Assembly (NCBI GenBank): GCA_030141605.1
Contig: JAQGDQ010002384.1
Coordinates: 1-64,000, forward strand
Length of the DNA: 64,000 nt
Reading direction: 5' to 3'
Origin: Tubiluchus corallicola
Taxonomy: Eukaryota; Animalia; Priapulida
Made by a program: the position numbers and the translations under genes. Within the stretch, counting starts at the first letter, position 1. Every line of letters begins with the position of its first letter. Of this stretch, positions 39,185 through 51,800 are shown in pieces. The notes under the pieces are model-generated. The model was not told the DNA's origin and did not search any database. It saw only the letters and a program-made list of their open reading frames with translations.

Positions 39185-39303
39185 GTCTACGGCCATATCA
39201 CATTGAATACACCGGTTCTCGTCTGATCACCGAAGTTAAGCAATGTAGAGCGTGGTTAGTACTTGGATGGGGGACCGCCTAGGAATACCACGTGCTGTAG
39301 ACT
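39185..39303 (+). rRNA. 5S rRNA gene (array type)
   Basis: GTCTACGGCCATATCAC...GAAGTTAAGC...TTAGTACTTGGATGGG...GCTGTAGAC followed by a T5 Pol III terminator. Confidence 0.95.
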
Positions 39304-40007
39304 TTTTAGCTAGTGACTATTAACTATCAAAGTGTGTGCACAACACGACCGTTTCATTTTGACAGTATTGTTTTTGATTTTTGGAAGTTGAAGTGGTGAA
39401 AATAAATGTCTGTCTCGACATTATGTTGATTTTTTTTGCATTTTAATGTGAAAGACTATCTACTTGTTGCATTTCTCCAATATTATACAAAGTAAGGAAA
39501 AATGAAAATAAAACTAGAAAATCAGCCACTGTCCTTCAAAAATGATTTTTGATTTTCATAAAAAATCAAAACAGATACTTTGTTACTACGTTCACCTTCA
39601 TCTATCTATTATTTCTATATTATCTGTCTATAACAAAATGCAGAAGTTAAGCAACCTCAAACCTGGTTTTGCGTTTGAATGGGTGACTGCCCGGTACTTA
39701 CATTTTTCTAAATGATCAGGAAGGGTGATGACAAATGCTGTAAGATCTTTTTCACCACTCAAAAATGGATTTTTGTTCTGACAAATATTTTTAAATGAAG
39801 AATCTTTTTGCTTGTTCATGCTTGATCATTCCCATGTTTAATTATGTCATATCTAGAAGGTAATATACTTAAGCACGGTATTCAACCTCCCTGACATTTT
39901 ATAATTTCATGTGATATTTCTGTTTATACTTTGCATTAAAATGCTAAAAAGGTTTACTTGTTCATGTACATCATTTCTATGTTAACTCATCTTAAGAAAC
40001 TGTTAAT

Positions 40008-40126
40008 GTCTACTGCCATATCACATTGAAAACACCGGTTCTCGTCTGATCACCGAAGTTAAGCAATGTAAAGCGTGGTTAGTACTTGGATGGGTGACCG
40101 CCTAGGAATACCACGTGCTGTAGACT
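40008..40126 (+). rRNA. 5S rRNA gene (array type)
   Basis: Full length, 823 bp after the previous copy, T-run terminator. Confidence 0.93.
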
Positions 40127-40893
40127 TTTTAGCTAGTGACTATTATCTATCGAAGTGTGTGCACAACACGACCGTTTCATTTTAACAGTATTGTTTTTGA
40201 TTTTTGGAAGTCGAAGTGGTGGGAATAAGTGTCTGTCTCGACATTATGTTGATTTTTATTTGCTTTGCATTTTAATGTCTAAAACTATCTAGTAGTAGTA
40301 GTAGTAGTAGTAGTAAAATCTTTATTCGCCATTATAAAACATTGACCATCATATTAAAAGACAGACAATCAGTGTTAGTCCATATAAAAAACATACACTG
40401 TTCTAGGCAAATGCGTCTGGTGCAAGCTAAACTATAAGTGCAACTAGAAATTCAAAAAATAAAATATAAACTAGTTTAGTAAGGTCTAGGAAAAATGAAA
40501 TTATGATTTGAGTAAGTATCATCGTGTTCGTATGTCGGATAATGTCAAAAACTATCTATTTGCTACGTTTCTCGAATATTACACAATGTGAAGAAAAATG
40601 AAAATAAAACTAGAAAATCAGCCACTGCCCTTCAAAAATTATTTTTGATTTTCATAAAAAATCAAAACAGATACTTTGTTCCTACGTTCACCTTAATCTA
40701 TCTATTATTTCTATATTATCTCTTTTCAACGAAATACAGAAGTTAAGCAACCTGGAACCTGGTTTGGTTTTGTGTTTGAATGGGTGACTGCCCTTGGCTT
40801 ACATTTTTTTAAATGGACGGGAAGGGTTCTGACAAAAGCTGTAAAATCTTCTTCAACACTCAAAAATGGATTTTTGTTCTGACAGATATTTTT

Positions 40894-42950
40894 GTAAAAC
40901 TATGTCACGAAGATTTTGCATATTGTGTTTTTTTGTTCCACATGTGTGCGCCATTTTTGTTCCAGTGGCAAAATTCGATTTTATGCGTGATAAACAATTT
41001 ACAGTTTTAAATAAATCTTTTTGTATTAAATAATTGGAACTTATCCGTGATTGTATTTATATTTTGGTACGGAACTGCCGGGAAAAGAGACCTTTAGATG
41101 AGTATGGCTGAGTGTGATAAAATTAAACACTCTAGAAGTAGATCCAAGGGTTGGGTGAAGACTGGCATAAAATTACTAAAAGAGGCGATGTCTAGTGAAA
41201 CGCCTAACTTTGTGTTTGTTCAGCAAAAATTAGAGAACCTTGGAAAATATATTGCCACCTTTAATGAAACAGAAGTGTAGTTAGAAGATTATTTAGAAGG
41301 TGAAGAACTTGAACAAGCGATTATAGAGGCAAGTGAATTAATCAACACAGCGGAATTAATTTCTGCTCAGGCACTAAGTTTGCTAAAACCAGATTCAAGA
41401 CCATGTAGTCCTAGTGATTTCCAGCGACATGCAAGTGATAATGATTTTGTCTTGCGACGAGTGAATAACTGTGATTTAGCACGTAGTGAAAGTGCAGCGA
41501 ATTTACCAACTAATAATGTAGTCGGTGCAGAAGTCACCAACATAAAACTACCTAAATTGCAACTGCCAACTTTCAGTGGTGACCCATTGAAGTTTTACGA
41601 ATTTTGGGACATGTTCGTTGCCTCTGTGGATGCTAAACCTGTACCAGACGTTCATAAACTTGTTTACTTAAAGAGCTTACTTAAAGGTGAAGCTGCTCAT
41701 GTGATAGATGGCCTGCAGCCTGTAGATGGCAATTATAAGGAAGCTGTTTCTTTGTTAAAGGAGAGATTTGGTGATAAAGACGCAATCGAGATGTCATTGT
41801 TAAAAAAACTGTGGCAGTTAAAGCCCATCACCGATTCGAAAAATATTGAAGCACAAGGAAGTTTTGTAGATGAGCTTGAAGTTGTTATAAGAGGCCTCAG
41901 TGCAATGGGACTTAGTACAGAAGAATTAGGTAAAACCCTAAAACCTCTCTTTCTAGCAAAAATTCCATATGCTTGGCGTGTTGAATGGGAGTGAATGAGA
42001 AGGCGTGAAGATGACAGCGTGAAGATGACACAACATGCTTTGAAAAATTTCGACAGTTCATGAAAAGCGAAGTTGATATTAGACGAAAGGCTGCTTCATA
42101 TACTCGCCATAGAGAGTCTGGTGAATTTAGTCGTCGTGCTGGGTATAAGAATTTAGGTGTGAGGAGCACCCTAGATTCAGTTTCTCTTCTTCAGTCTAGT
42201 GATTTTTGTGGAAACACCAAAAATGCGCCTACAGCTTCAAAGAATTCCCATTGTTTATTTTGTGGCAGAGCTCAACATATGTGGCTTGATTGTGCGTCTC
42301 TTCCTACTAAGACTTTGCAAGAGCGAAAACAGAAGGTTGCTGAGCAGCACCGTTGTTTTTTGTGTCTTGGTTTAAACCACAGAGCTGATACTTGCCGTAA
42401 ACCTCCATGCAACCGATGTAGTAAATGGCATCATTATTTATTGTGCAATTCAATTGCTGGCTGCTTCCAGGTGAGTCCTTATGTTAAAAGAGGTTCAAAT
42501 ACTTCTGATGCAAGTGTTGATGTTCCATCAGTTCATTTACAGTCTTTTTGTACGAATGTTGTGTTCTTAATGACTGCGACTGCTGTTTTGGAAGATACCA
42601 AATCGTCAATTCCTATTCGTGTTTTTATAAATCCTGGTGCCACTACCTCTCTTATTTTGTGTGATGTTGCAGAGCGAGCAGGTTGCGAAATTATAGGCGA
42701 GCGTAATCTTTCGTTAGCTATTATGGGTGGACTTAGCACACCGCAACAGAAATGCCACATTGTTCGTGCTAAACTTCGAACAAATACAGGAAAAATTGTG
42801 ACCTTTAATGCCACCACCCAAGATAAACTAGTGAGACCCTTTCCGGCATGTTCTGAGGGTGATTGGTTAGGAGACTTAAAGGGCATGATCCTAGGTGACC
42901 CAGAGATTCTTTGTGGCAATCCACGAGAAATTCATCTACTGGTTGGTATC
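40894..42950 (+). mobile_element. Truncated, pseudogenised BEL/Pao LTR retrotransposon (gag and protease) inserted in the 5S spacer
   Basis: KLPKLQLPTFSGDPLKFYEFWDMF...KLVYLKSLLKGEA (DUF1759-type gag); three Zn knuckles CLFCGRAQHMWLDC, CFLCLGLNHRADTC, CNRCSKWHHYLLC; protease-like RVFINPGATTSLI. In-frame stops at 41280 and 41994. TGG-initial PBS-like site near 41064. No RT or integrase. Confidence 0.9.
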
Positions 42951-43291
42951 CCCCAAAGATGATTTTTGATTTTTATAAAAAAAAATCAAAACAGTTTACC
43001 TTGTTCTTGTGTTTCGCTTAATCTATCCATTATTTCTACGTTATCTGTCTGTAACAAAATGCAGAAGTTGAGCAACCTCGAACCTGGTTTTGCGTTTGAA
43101 TGGGTGACTGCCCAGGACTTGTAAATTATGTCATATTTAAAAGGCAATATACTTGAGCACGGTATTTCCACCTCCCTGATACTTTACAATTTCATGTGAT
43201 ATTTTTATTTATACTTTGCATTACAATACTAGAAATATTTGCTGTTCATGTACATCATTTCTATGTTAACTCGTCTTAAGAAACTGCTAAT

Positions 43292-43410
43292 GTCTACGGC
43301 CATATCACATTGAATACACCGGTTCTCGTCTGATCACCGAAGTTAAGCAATGTAGAGCGTGGTTAGTACTTGGATGGGTGACCGCCTAGGAATACCACGT
43401 GCTGTAGTCT
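43292..43410 (+). rRNA. 5S rRNA gene (array type)
   Basis: Full length with T-run terminator. Confidence 0.93.
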
Positions 43411-44249
43411 TTTTAGTGATTGACAATTATCTAGCGAAGTGTGTGCACAACACGAACACTTTAGATTGTCTTTGATTTTTGGAAGTTGAAGTGGTGGAAA
43501 TAAATGTCTGTCTCGACCTTACGTTGATTTTTATTTTTTTGCATTTTAATGTGAAAAACTATCTATTTGTTACGTTTCTCGAATGTTACACAAGGTAAGG
43601 AAAAATGAAAATAAACTAGAAAATCAGCCACTGCCCTTCAAAAATGATTTTTGATTTTCATAAAAAATCAAAACAGGTACTTTGTTATGCTTGGAAATCG
43701 TAGTAATCGTAGTATGCGTAGAAAATCAGCCACTGCCCTTCAAAACTGATTTTTGATTTTCATAAAAAATCAAAACAGGTACTTTGTTACTACGTTCACC
43801 GTAATCTATCTACTGTTTCTATATTATCTCTTTTTAACGAAATGCAGAAGTTAAGCAACCTCGAACCTGGTTTGGTTTTGCGTTTGAATGGGTGACTGCC
43901 CGGCGACTGCTGATGCTGGTAACTTCTTAACTTGGTGCTTAGACTTTTTTAAATGGTCAGGAAGGGTGATGAAAAATGCTGTAAGATCTTCTTCACCACT
44001 CAAAAATGGATTTTTGTTCTGACAAATATTTTTAAATGAAGAATATTTTTGCTTGTTCATGCTTGATCATTCTCATGTTTAATTATGTCATATTTAGAAG
44101 GTAATATACTTGAGCTCGGTATTTCAACCTCCCTGATACTTTATAATTTCATGTTATATTTTTATTTATACTTTGCATTACAATACTAAAAAGGTTTGCT
44201 TGTTCATGTACATCATTTCTATGTTAACTCGTCTTAAGAAACTCCTAAT

Positions 44250-44314
44250 GTCTACGGCCATATCACATTGAATACACCAGTAATCGTCTGATCACCGAAG
44301 TTAAGCAATGTAGA
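44250..44314 (+). pseudogene. 3'-truncated 5S rRNA copy
   Basis: First 65 nt of 5S, then an abrupt switch to the 17-bp satellite. Confidence 0.9.
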
Positions 44315-45085
44315 CTATTGTCTACAGTGCACTCTTGTCTACAGTGCACTCTTGTCTACTGTGCACTATTGTCTACAGTGCACCCTTGTCTACAGTGTAC
44401 TCTTGTCTACAGTGCACTATTGTCTACAGTGCACTATTGTCTACAGTGCACTCTTGTCTACTGTGCACTCTTGTCTACTGTGCACTATTGTCTACAGTGC
44501 ACTATTGTCTACTGTGCACTATTGTCTACAGTGCACTCTTGTCTACTGTGCACTCTTGTCTACTGTGCACTATTGTCTACTGTGCACTATTGTCTACTGT
44601 GCACTATTGTCTACAGTGCACTCTTGTCTACTGTGCACTCTTGTCTACTGTGCACTATTGTCTACTGTGCACTATTGTCTACAGTGAACTCTTGTCTACT
44701 GTGCACTATTGTCTACAGTGCACTCTTGTCTACTGTGCACTCTTGTCTACTGTGCACTATTGTCTACTGTGCACTATTGTCTACAGTGAACTCTTGTCTA
44801 CTGTGCACTATTGTCTACCGTGCACTATTGTCTACCATGCACTATTGTCTACTGTGCACTATTGTCTACTGTGCACTCTTGTCTACAGTGAACTCTTGTC
44901 TACTGTGCACTATTGTCTACAGTGCACTCTTGTCTACTGTGCACTCTTGTCTACTGTGCACTATTGTCTACTGTGCACTATTGTCTACAGTGAACTCTTG
45001 TCTACTGTGCACTATTGTCTACCGTGCACTATTGTCTACCGTGCACTATTGTCTACAGTGCACTATTGTCTACTGTGCACTATTG
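44315..45085. repeat. 17-bp satellite, about 45 copies
   Basis: Unit CT[A/C]TTGTCTAC[A/T]GTGCA. Confidence 0.97.
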
Positions 45086-46580
45086 AGCTTTAAAACCAAG
45101 ACTTCGTATACTTAAAAGTAAAAGGTCATTTACTGCCATTGTCAGCAAAAACAATGGAGAAAAATCGTGGCATGGATTTTTTGCAAAAAATTACGGATTC
45201 ATGCAACCAAAGTCCACTGCAAGATGCTGCAGACTTCGACGAATTATCAGCAGCTCAGAAAATTACACAGAAAAAAGCTTAGAATCAATGCGATTAGCTG
45301 CATTAAAGACCTTCGGTTACACCAAGAGACTTAGCTAATTAACTTCAGTAATTGCTATAATGTAGTTGCTTTGTGACATATGCTGTGATTACAATCCCAC
45401 ATATTCGCCTGTTTTTCCATTACTTCCTTGTATAATTGTTGTCTGATAAACAGTTTCTCTGTCTGTTCTTTGTTCTCTGCTTGATTGGTTGGTTGGGTGG
45501 CATACTAGCTGTCAGACATTGGTTGATTGGTTGTTTGGTGAGTAAGTCGGTTGTTCAGACAACCGATTGGTTGGTTGACTGATTGAGAAGTAGGTGTAGT
45601 TCTGAATGTGCTTGTCGTGTTGTACACTGGATGCATGTCTCCTAGCTTGCTTACTTGGAAAGCTTTTTAGGTGCTTTGCAGAGTAGTGAGTTGATTGTGT
45701 GTTTTCTTTTATTTGACTGATTAATTTTCAAGTTTAATTTGTTTCCATGACACTTTCGCGTTAACTGTATTTTGCCGCTTGATATTGTTGGGATATTTCT
45801 CAGATATAAGGCATTACATGTGTTCCATTAATGTAATTAGTCAATTGTGTTCGTGATTTCGCTCTTTGTCCCTTGTATAGCTGTTTTCCATGTAACAGAT
45901 TTCTGTGTATTATCTGGTCTTCAATATAAAAATCATGTACGTCTTTATGTTATTACTTTGTAAGCTTTGTACCTTTACTAAATTTAGCTGCTTATGTTTG
46001 CATTTGCATACAAACCTTAGTTCACATTTTTATAGTTATTTGTGCTATTTGTACTTTACTTTTCATTAATTTCTATTAACTGTAGAACTTATTGTTAATA
46101 TATTATAATGTTAATATAATATAACAATTATCATATTGACAATTTTGCTGTTCTTTTTTACAAAAATTTATTTCTCACAAAGAAGAGTTTCAGAATTATA
46201 CACAACCGATTTAGATTTCTATTTTTAACGTCTCATGATAAACGTGCAGCGATTAACTTTTAATTTATTTTCTTTGTATGGAGAATCCTCAAAACGACTC
46301 GAATCGAAACAAGGGAATATTTTACCTTCACATACAGATATAGTAAAGATAACTTAGACTAGCATTTACATCTTTTACATTAGAAAAACATTGAAAAGGC
46401 AGTCTGAAATATAACAGCTACAAGTGGATCTGAAACAAACGTGGATATATCAAGGAGAAGTGGATCTACGTCAAGCACGGATGGACTCCGGATCTGTTGA
46501 AGAACTATTCTACTGTCCATAACTGTAGAAGTATTGTAAAAAGAATGTTCAATCTATGTTCAACTTGGGAATCACAGGAT

Positions 46581-47532
46581 TTACCAGAAACCACCACCGT
46601 ATCCACGGCCATAAGATACACGTCCGTAGCCACCAAGTCCACCGTATCCACGTCCGTAGTAACCACGGCCATATCCACCATATCCACCAAATCCACCATA
46701 TCCACGTCCGTAGTAACCACCGCCATATCCACCAAATCCACCGTATCCACTTCCATATCCGTAACCTAATCCACGTCCATAGCCAAGGCCACGTCCATAG
46801 CCCAAGCCTCGTCCGTAGCTGCCACCATAAAATCCGCTGGCACTGACTACAGCAACCTACAAATGTATTATCAATGAAACTGTTGTACAAATGAACTTAT
46901 CAATGAAACTGTTGTACACGTGAACTTATCAATGAAACTGTTGTACAAATGAACTATCAATGAAACTGTTGTACAAATGAACTATCAATGAAACTGTTGT
47001 ACAAATGTACTTATCAATGAAACTGTTGTACAAATAAACTTATCAATGAAACTGTTGTACAAATGTACTTATCAATGAAACTGTTGTACAAATAAACTTA
47101 TCAATGAAACTGTTGTACAAATGAACTATCAATGAAACTGTTGTACAAATGTACTTATCAATGAAACTGTTGTACAAATGAACTTATCAATGAAACTGTT
47201 GTACAAATGAACTTATCAATGAAACTGTTGTACAAATGTATTATCAATGAAACTGTTATACAAATAAAAACTTCTTGTTCTTTTAACTTCTTTTGTCTCC
47301 AAATGTAATTAAATAGTTTGACTGAAATGTTGTTGGCTAACACAAACCAATGCCAAGTACATGTGTCGACGTACTTTGATTGATGCAGTAAAGGCTACGT
47401 TGTATTAAATAGAAACGTGAATGTAAATTAACTAGGTGTGGTACTCGAACATGAACAATTGGCTAAATTGTGAAATTCCGTCCATAGACGACTTACCAAA
47501 ACGGCAAGGAGGAAAGCTAGAGTGATCTTCAT
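46581..47532 (-). CDS. Small secreted Gly/Tyr/Arg-rich protein, about 103 aa (GYGRG/GGY repeats; shematrin/prismalin/cuticle-protein-like composition)
   Basis: Exons 47532-47497 (MKITLAFLLAVL) and 46856-46581 (VAVVSASGFYGGSYGRGLGYGRG...GYGGGFW*), GT-AG, phase 0. Possible non-coding first exon at about 48420-48369 behind a TATTTAA element. Confidence 0.88.
46860..47265. repeat. 29-30-bp intronic minisatellite, about 14 copies
   Basis: Unit AATGAACTTATCAATGAAACTGTTGTACA, abutting the splice acceptor of the Gly/Tyr gene. Confidence 0.95.
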
Positions 47533-48829
47533 TTTCCTAACAAGAAAAAATATTTAATTAACAAACTAGAACTTGAATGGGCATTCGATAAAAAATCAAT
47601 AATTGTCATTTTCCAAATTATTTTAGCATAAAACTGACAATGCTCTAATGATCAATGTTGTTTGGTGAAGAGACTGCAATCAAAAGTGATGAAAACTCAC
47701 CTAATGCTGATCAAGGGTTAAATAAAGTGTTTGATACATGTATTAGTACAACATGTATTATACTAAATTTCGCAAAAAAGAAGACAATTAGTCAGTTTGT
47801 GCTAAATTTCTTTGGTAGCCAAAGTTAAGCAGTCGCAAAAAGACTGTGAAGCATCAATGAACGCCTGGATTAAGTTTAGATTATGCCGGTTTAGTAGCGG
47901 AAACCGTTTAAAACAGAATTTTGATACGTTCAATATTTTGATGGCTTAGAGGTAAACGTATTATGTAAAATTTGCAATAAATTAAGACATTTGTGCTAAA
48001 TTTCCTTCTTAGCAAAAATTAAACAAACTCGAAAAGCTAAAAGAGACAAAAACGGGGATAGGTATGTACATTTTACGTTTTCAAACAGTTTCCCTTACTG
48101 ACTCGTACGTTTCAAAATGTAAAATAATTTCGTCTCAATCTTGCTACTCCTATATTGTAGATAAAGTTTGTCGTAAATGTTAAGATAAAACGAAACATCT
48201 TGTAAGTTTACTCTTCAAAAAATACCACTGAATGTATTACCAAGAAATCTTTCAAACATTTTAAAAAAAGTTGCCGTTTGTAACGATAAAAAACGCAGTT
48301 CGTAAGATGACTAGGTCATATACTAAAACTTCAAAATGCTTACTTTAGTAATAGTAAAAAATACTTACAATTATAAGTTGAGTTGAGATTCGTGTGGTAC
48401 CACAGACGACAGGCGTATGGTAGCAACACCGGTCTCATCACGCCTTAAATACTTCCATCGGCTGGTGACCATGAGAGTCAAGCTCTTAATCACAGATACC
48501 TGAAGTCAGCAGCAGCAGTAGCAGCCGGATTTTTAACGAACAACCTTCTGTCACCCATCAAAATAAAAGTGTTGTTTTCTGTCCTGAGAGACCGCGCATG
48601 TAATTTAAAGCCCTAGCAAGGCAGTTACTGAATATGAAACAAACAGAAAAACAATGACGTCTCTGTGCATTACCAGTGTAAATTAACGTTAGTGGAAGGT
48701 TGGAAAAACGCCTTTTATTTGAATGCATGTGTTTTGTTGATACTGATAATTATTTTCCCTAAAAAAACTTGAAGGGTACAGGGGGTAAGTGATTTGTAGT
48801 TAATTGTGCTCAACAGAAAATTGGAGACA

Positions 48830-49965
48830 TAGTTTAGACAACAAGCAATACATTTTAGCGGCATTTTTGGATTTAAGTAAAGCATTCGATAGCATTAACG
48901 CTCGAACTACTTTACGATAACTTAAAACAAATCAGATTTTATTCGATATCGTTAAAACTGATAGAAAATCATCTCAAAGATGGACAAGAACGAGTAATGA
49001 TACAACCAACTTTTCTGACTGGGCAACGTTAAACAGACGTATACCGCAAGGAACACTACTACTTTATTATTTTGCCTATATATAAACAACATATCCAGTG
49101 TATTACAACACTCACAAATAACGCTGATGACACTACAATCTACATAGCCCATGAAAATATCCAAACTGCAAAAATTTATTTAGAAAAAGATATAAAAAAT
49201 ATAAATACGGCATTTAGTCATTACAAGCTAAATATGAATAATGACAAAACATAAACCATGATACTGTCACCCTCATTAAATACTAATGATGCATCATCAA
49301 CCACTTTGACAATAGATAATGCTGTAATCAAACAAACTAATAATGATAAATTTCTGGGCATACAGGTAGACAATAATCTTTCACGGGATGACACTTTAAT
49401 AACATATACACAAAAATGGCATCAAGCACATCATATCTCCGACAAGTTAAAGGGCAGCTAATAAAGGAAACTAAGTCACTAATATATAAAACTTTAGTTC
49501 TACCACACTTCTTATATGGATGTACGCTACTTCAAAAAACCAAAAGAGAAAATTACTTAAAATTAAATCTCCTTCAGAACTATGTGTTGAGATTAATAGC
49601 TGGGTACTCATACAAACGTAAGGCAGGTAGACAAAAATTTAAAGCTTCAACAACTAACCTGAGAAAAACGTAAAAATTCCCAATCATTGAAGCACACAAA
49701 GAATATTTTACTCTGCTTTTTACATTTAAATACATTAACAACATCAGCAAACCATTCCGGAATAACAGATTTACCTTTTTTCCAAGTCTAATCGTTAATT
49801 CCAGAACAAGCAATCTAAAACAAATTAGGACAAATACCCACTATGGAACGAACTCTGTAATCAAACAAGCAATTCTACTTTGGAATTCTCTACCATTACA
49901 GGTTAAACAAATCAAGTCCCTATCAGCATTTAAAACAAAATTAAAATAACTAATATTAACCTAAT
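48830..49965 (+). mobile_element. Degenerate CR1/L2-group LINE reverse transcriptase fragment
   Basis: Frameshifted motifs FLDLSKAFDSIN, PQG, NADDTTIY (YADD box), KFLGIQVDNNL, LIYKTLVLPHFLYG, LWNSLP. Confidence 0.85.
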
Positions 49966-50179
49966 ATGAAATATCATCACACCAGTACGACAACATACAC
50001 ACTAATTCAGAATTTATATATCCACGGCCATATTAATTAAATCATACTTTTTTCGTTTTTTGTTCATAGTTGTAAATATGCTTGATTTTATTCGTCATTA
50101 CTGCACAGTAAGTTTAGCAGTGTAAGTTTTTATTAACTAACACTGATTGATCATCTCTGTAAAGTTACTCTTACTTTAC

Positions 50180-50298
50180 CTCACTCACTCACTCACTCAC
50201 TCACTCACTCACTCACTCACTCACTCACTCACTCACTCACTCACTCACTCACTCACTCACTCACTCACTCACTCACTCACTCACTCACTCACTCACTT
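50180..50298. repeat. (TCAC)n microsatellite forming the tail of a 5S pseudogene
   Basis: Directly adjacent to the 3' end of the minus-strand 5S-like copy. Confidence 0.95.
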
Positions 50299-50300
50299 AC

Positions 50301-50530
50301 TCCTGCAGCACCTGGTATTCCTTGTTGGTCCCCCATCCAAGTACTAACCCCCCTCTTCGTTGCTTAACTTCGGTGATCAGAAGAGAACCGGTGTCTTCAA
50401 CGTGATTTGAACCTAGTATTCCTTGTCGGTCACCCATCCAAGTACTAACCCGCCTCTTCGTTGCTTAACTTCGGTGATCAGACGAGAACCCTTGTCATCA
50501 ACCTGTTTTGAACAACCGGTATTTTCAACG
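50301..50530 (-). pseudogene. Two head-to-tail 5S rRNA-derived pseudogenes (50301-50416 near full length; 50416-50530 partial with insertion)
   Basis: Reverse complement reads AAATCACGTTGAAGACACCGGTTCTC...GAAGTTAAGCAACG...TTAGTACTTGGATGGG...GTGCTGCAGG; no T-run terminator and no array spacer. Confidence 0.9.
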
Positions 50531-50810
50531 CCGTAATTGTGTATAAGCAGATGCGCGTGATATACAAGAATTGCAAACTTGCTACATAGGAACATGTACT
50601 AATGCGTATAAATTGTCCTCAAATACCAGTAAAATCCACACTAAGTTTCGTTTATTAACAATCAGTATGCAAATCAGTAACAACAGTATACAAACATGTT
50701 TAATATTAGCCTATATCGATTCGATTTTTTTACTTTTTCAAGAACGGAAGTGAACGAGTTAAAAAAAGACAAAAATTCGGATTTCCGTGATAAGTAATCT
50801 AGCTTGTCGC

Positions 50811-51034
50811 CTAGAATTCACAAATATACGGAAATTTTGCTGTATCACACGAGAAGTCATTCCACGTGTTCCCATTTGCCCGCAAGATGGCGCAGCTTTC
50901 GCCATCGCCGTAATTTTCTGGTTGGCCATCTGCTACATCCCAAGAAGTAAAAAGGGCAGGTCGACCTGTTGCAAACCACCTCCAGTCACCCTCCTCGTGT
51001 ATGTCCATTAAACCAATCCAAAAATGCTCACCAG
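50811..51034 (-). CDS. Terminal exon of a C-type lectin domain (upstream exons not found)
   Basis: AG acceptor at 51036-51035; GEHFWIGLMD...EGDWRW...SWDVADGQPEN...ESCA...WNDFSC...PYICEF*. Confidence 0.85.
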
Positions 51035-51629
51035 CTTTATTAAAAACAAAATATAATTAATATTAAATTTGGTTATTTACCATTATATTTTCATATAATA
51101 TAACAGTTATTTAACTTTTATACATTCCTCGGCAATTATAACGTACTTTACCACTCCCATGAAACACTAAAATAACAAATATTACCAGTGATTTTTTTGA
51201 AATTTTTTTGCTCAAACAGCCTGCAGAAAAAAACGTTCTGACGGCACCTGGTGGGACTCTCGAAGGGAGATATACAGCTCTTTAGAAAGGGGAAGAACAG
51301 GGCTATACGATGATGTGGGCTATATTAGGACACGTCCATCAAGAGCAGTGACGACGACTTAATTAGATGTTCTATTTTTGGCAATTTTCGCTTGGAAAAC
51401 TGCTGACGCAAAGCCATTGTTGTGACGTCATCCATTATACTCTGCCTGTAACTTTAATTCAGTAAAAGCTTCTGGCTTTGCGTTAGATAAACAGACAAAC
51501 ACTAGGTAGAATGTTTGCGCATATTTGATTATGAGTGGATTTATAAGCAAAATTTTTTTGCGGGGCCTTTGCTAGTTTGTTTATTAATTCACTCAATCGT
51601 TTATTCACACACAATCATTCATTCATTTA

Positions 51630-51800
51630 TTCAGTTAGTCAGTCAGTCAGTCAGTCAGTCAGTCAGTCAGTCAGTCAGTCAGTCAGTCAGTCAGTCAGTC
51701 AGTCAGTCAGTCAGTCAGTCATTCGGTCGGTCGGTCGGTCGGTCGGTCGGTCGGTCAGTCGGTCGGTCGGTCAGTCAGTCAGTCAGTCAGTCAGTCATTC
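51630..51800. repeat. (GTCA)n/(GTCG)n microsatellite
   Basis: Directly visible. Confidence 0.95.

Noticed and set aside
44318-45115. Cys-rich 250-aa ORFs as metallothionein/keratin-like proteins
   Set aside because: All three frames give the same permuted peptide because the unit is 17 bp; this is a satellite artefact.
46497-46890. Thr/Ser-rich, His/Ile-rich and Trp-rich ORFs
   Set aside because: Shadow frames of the Gly/Tyr gene, which alone has a signal peptide and splice support.
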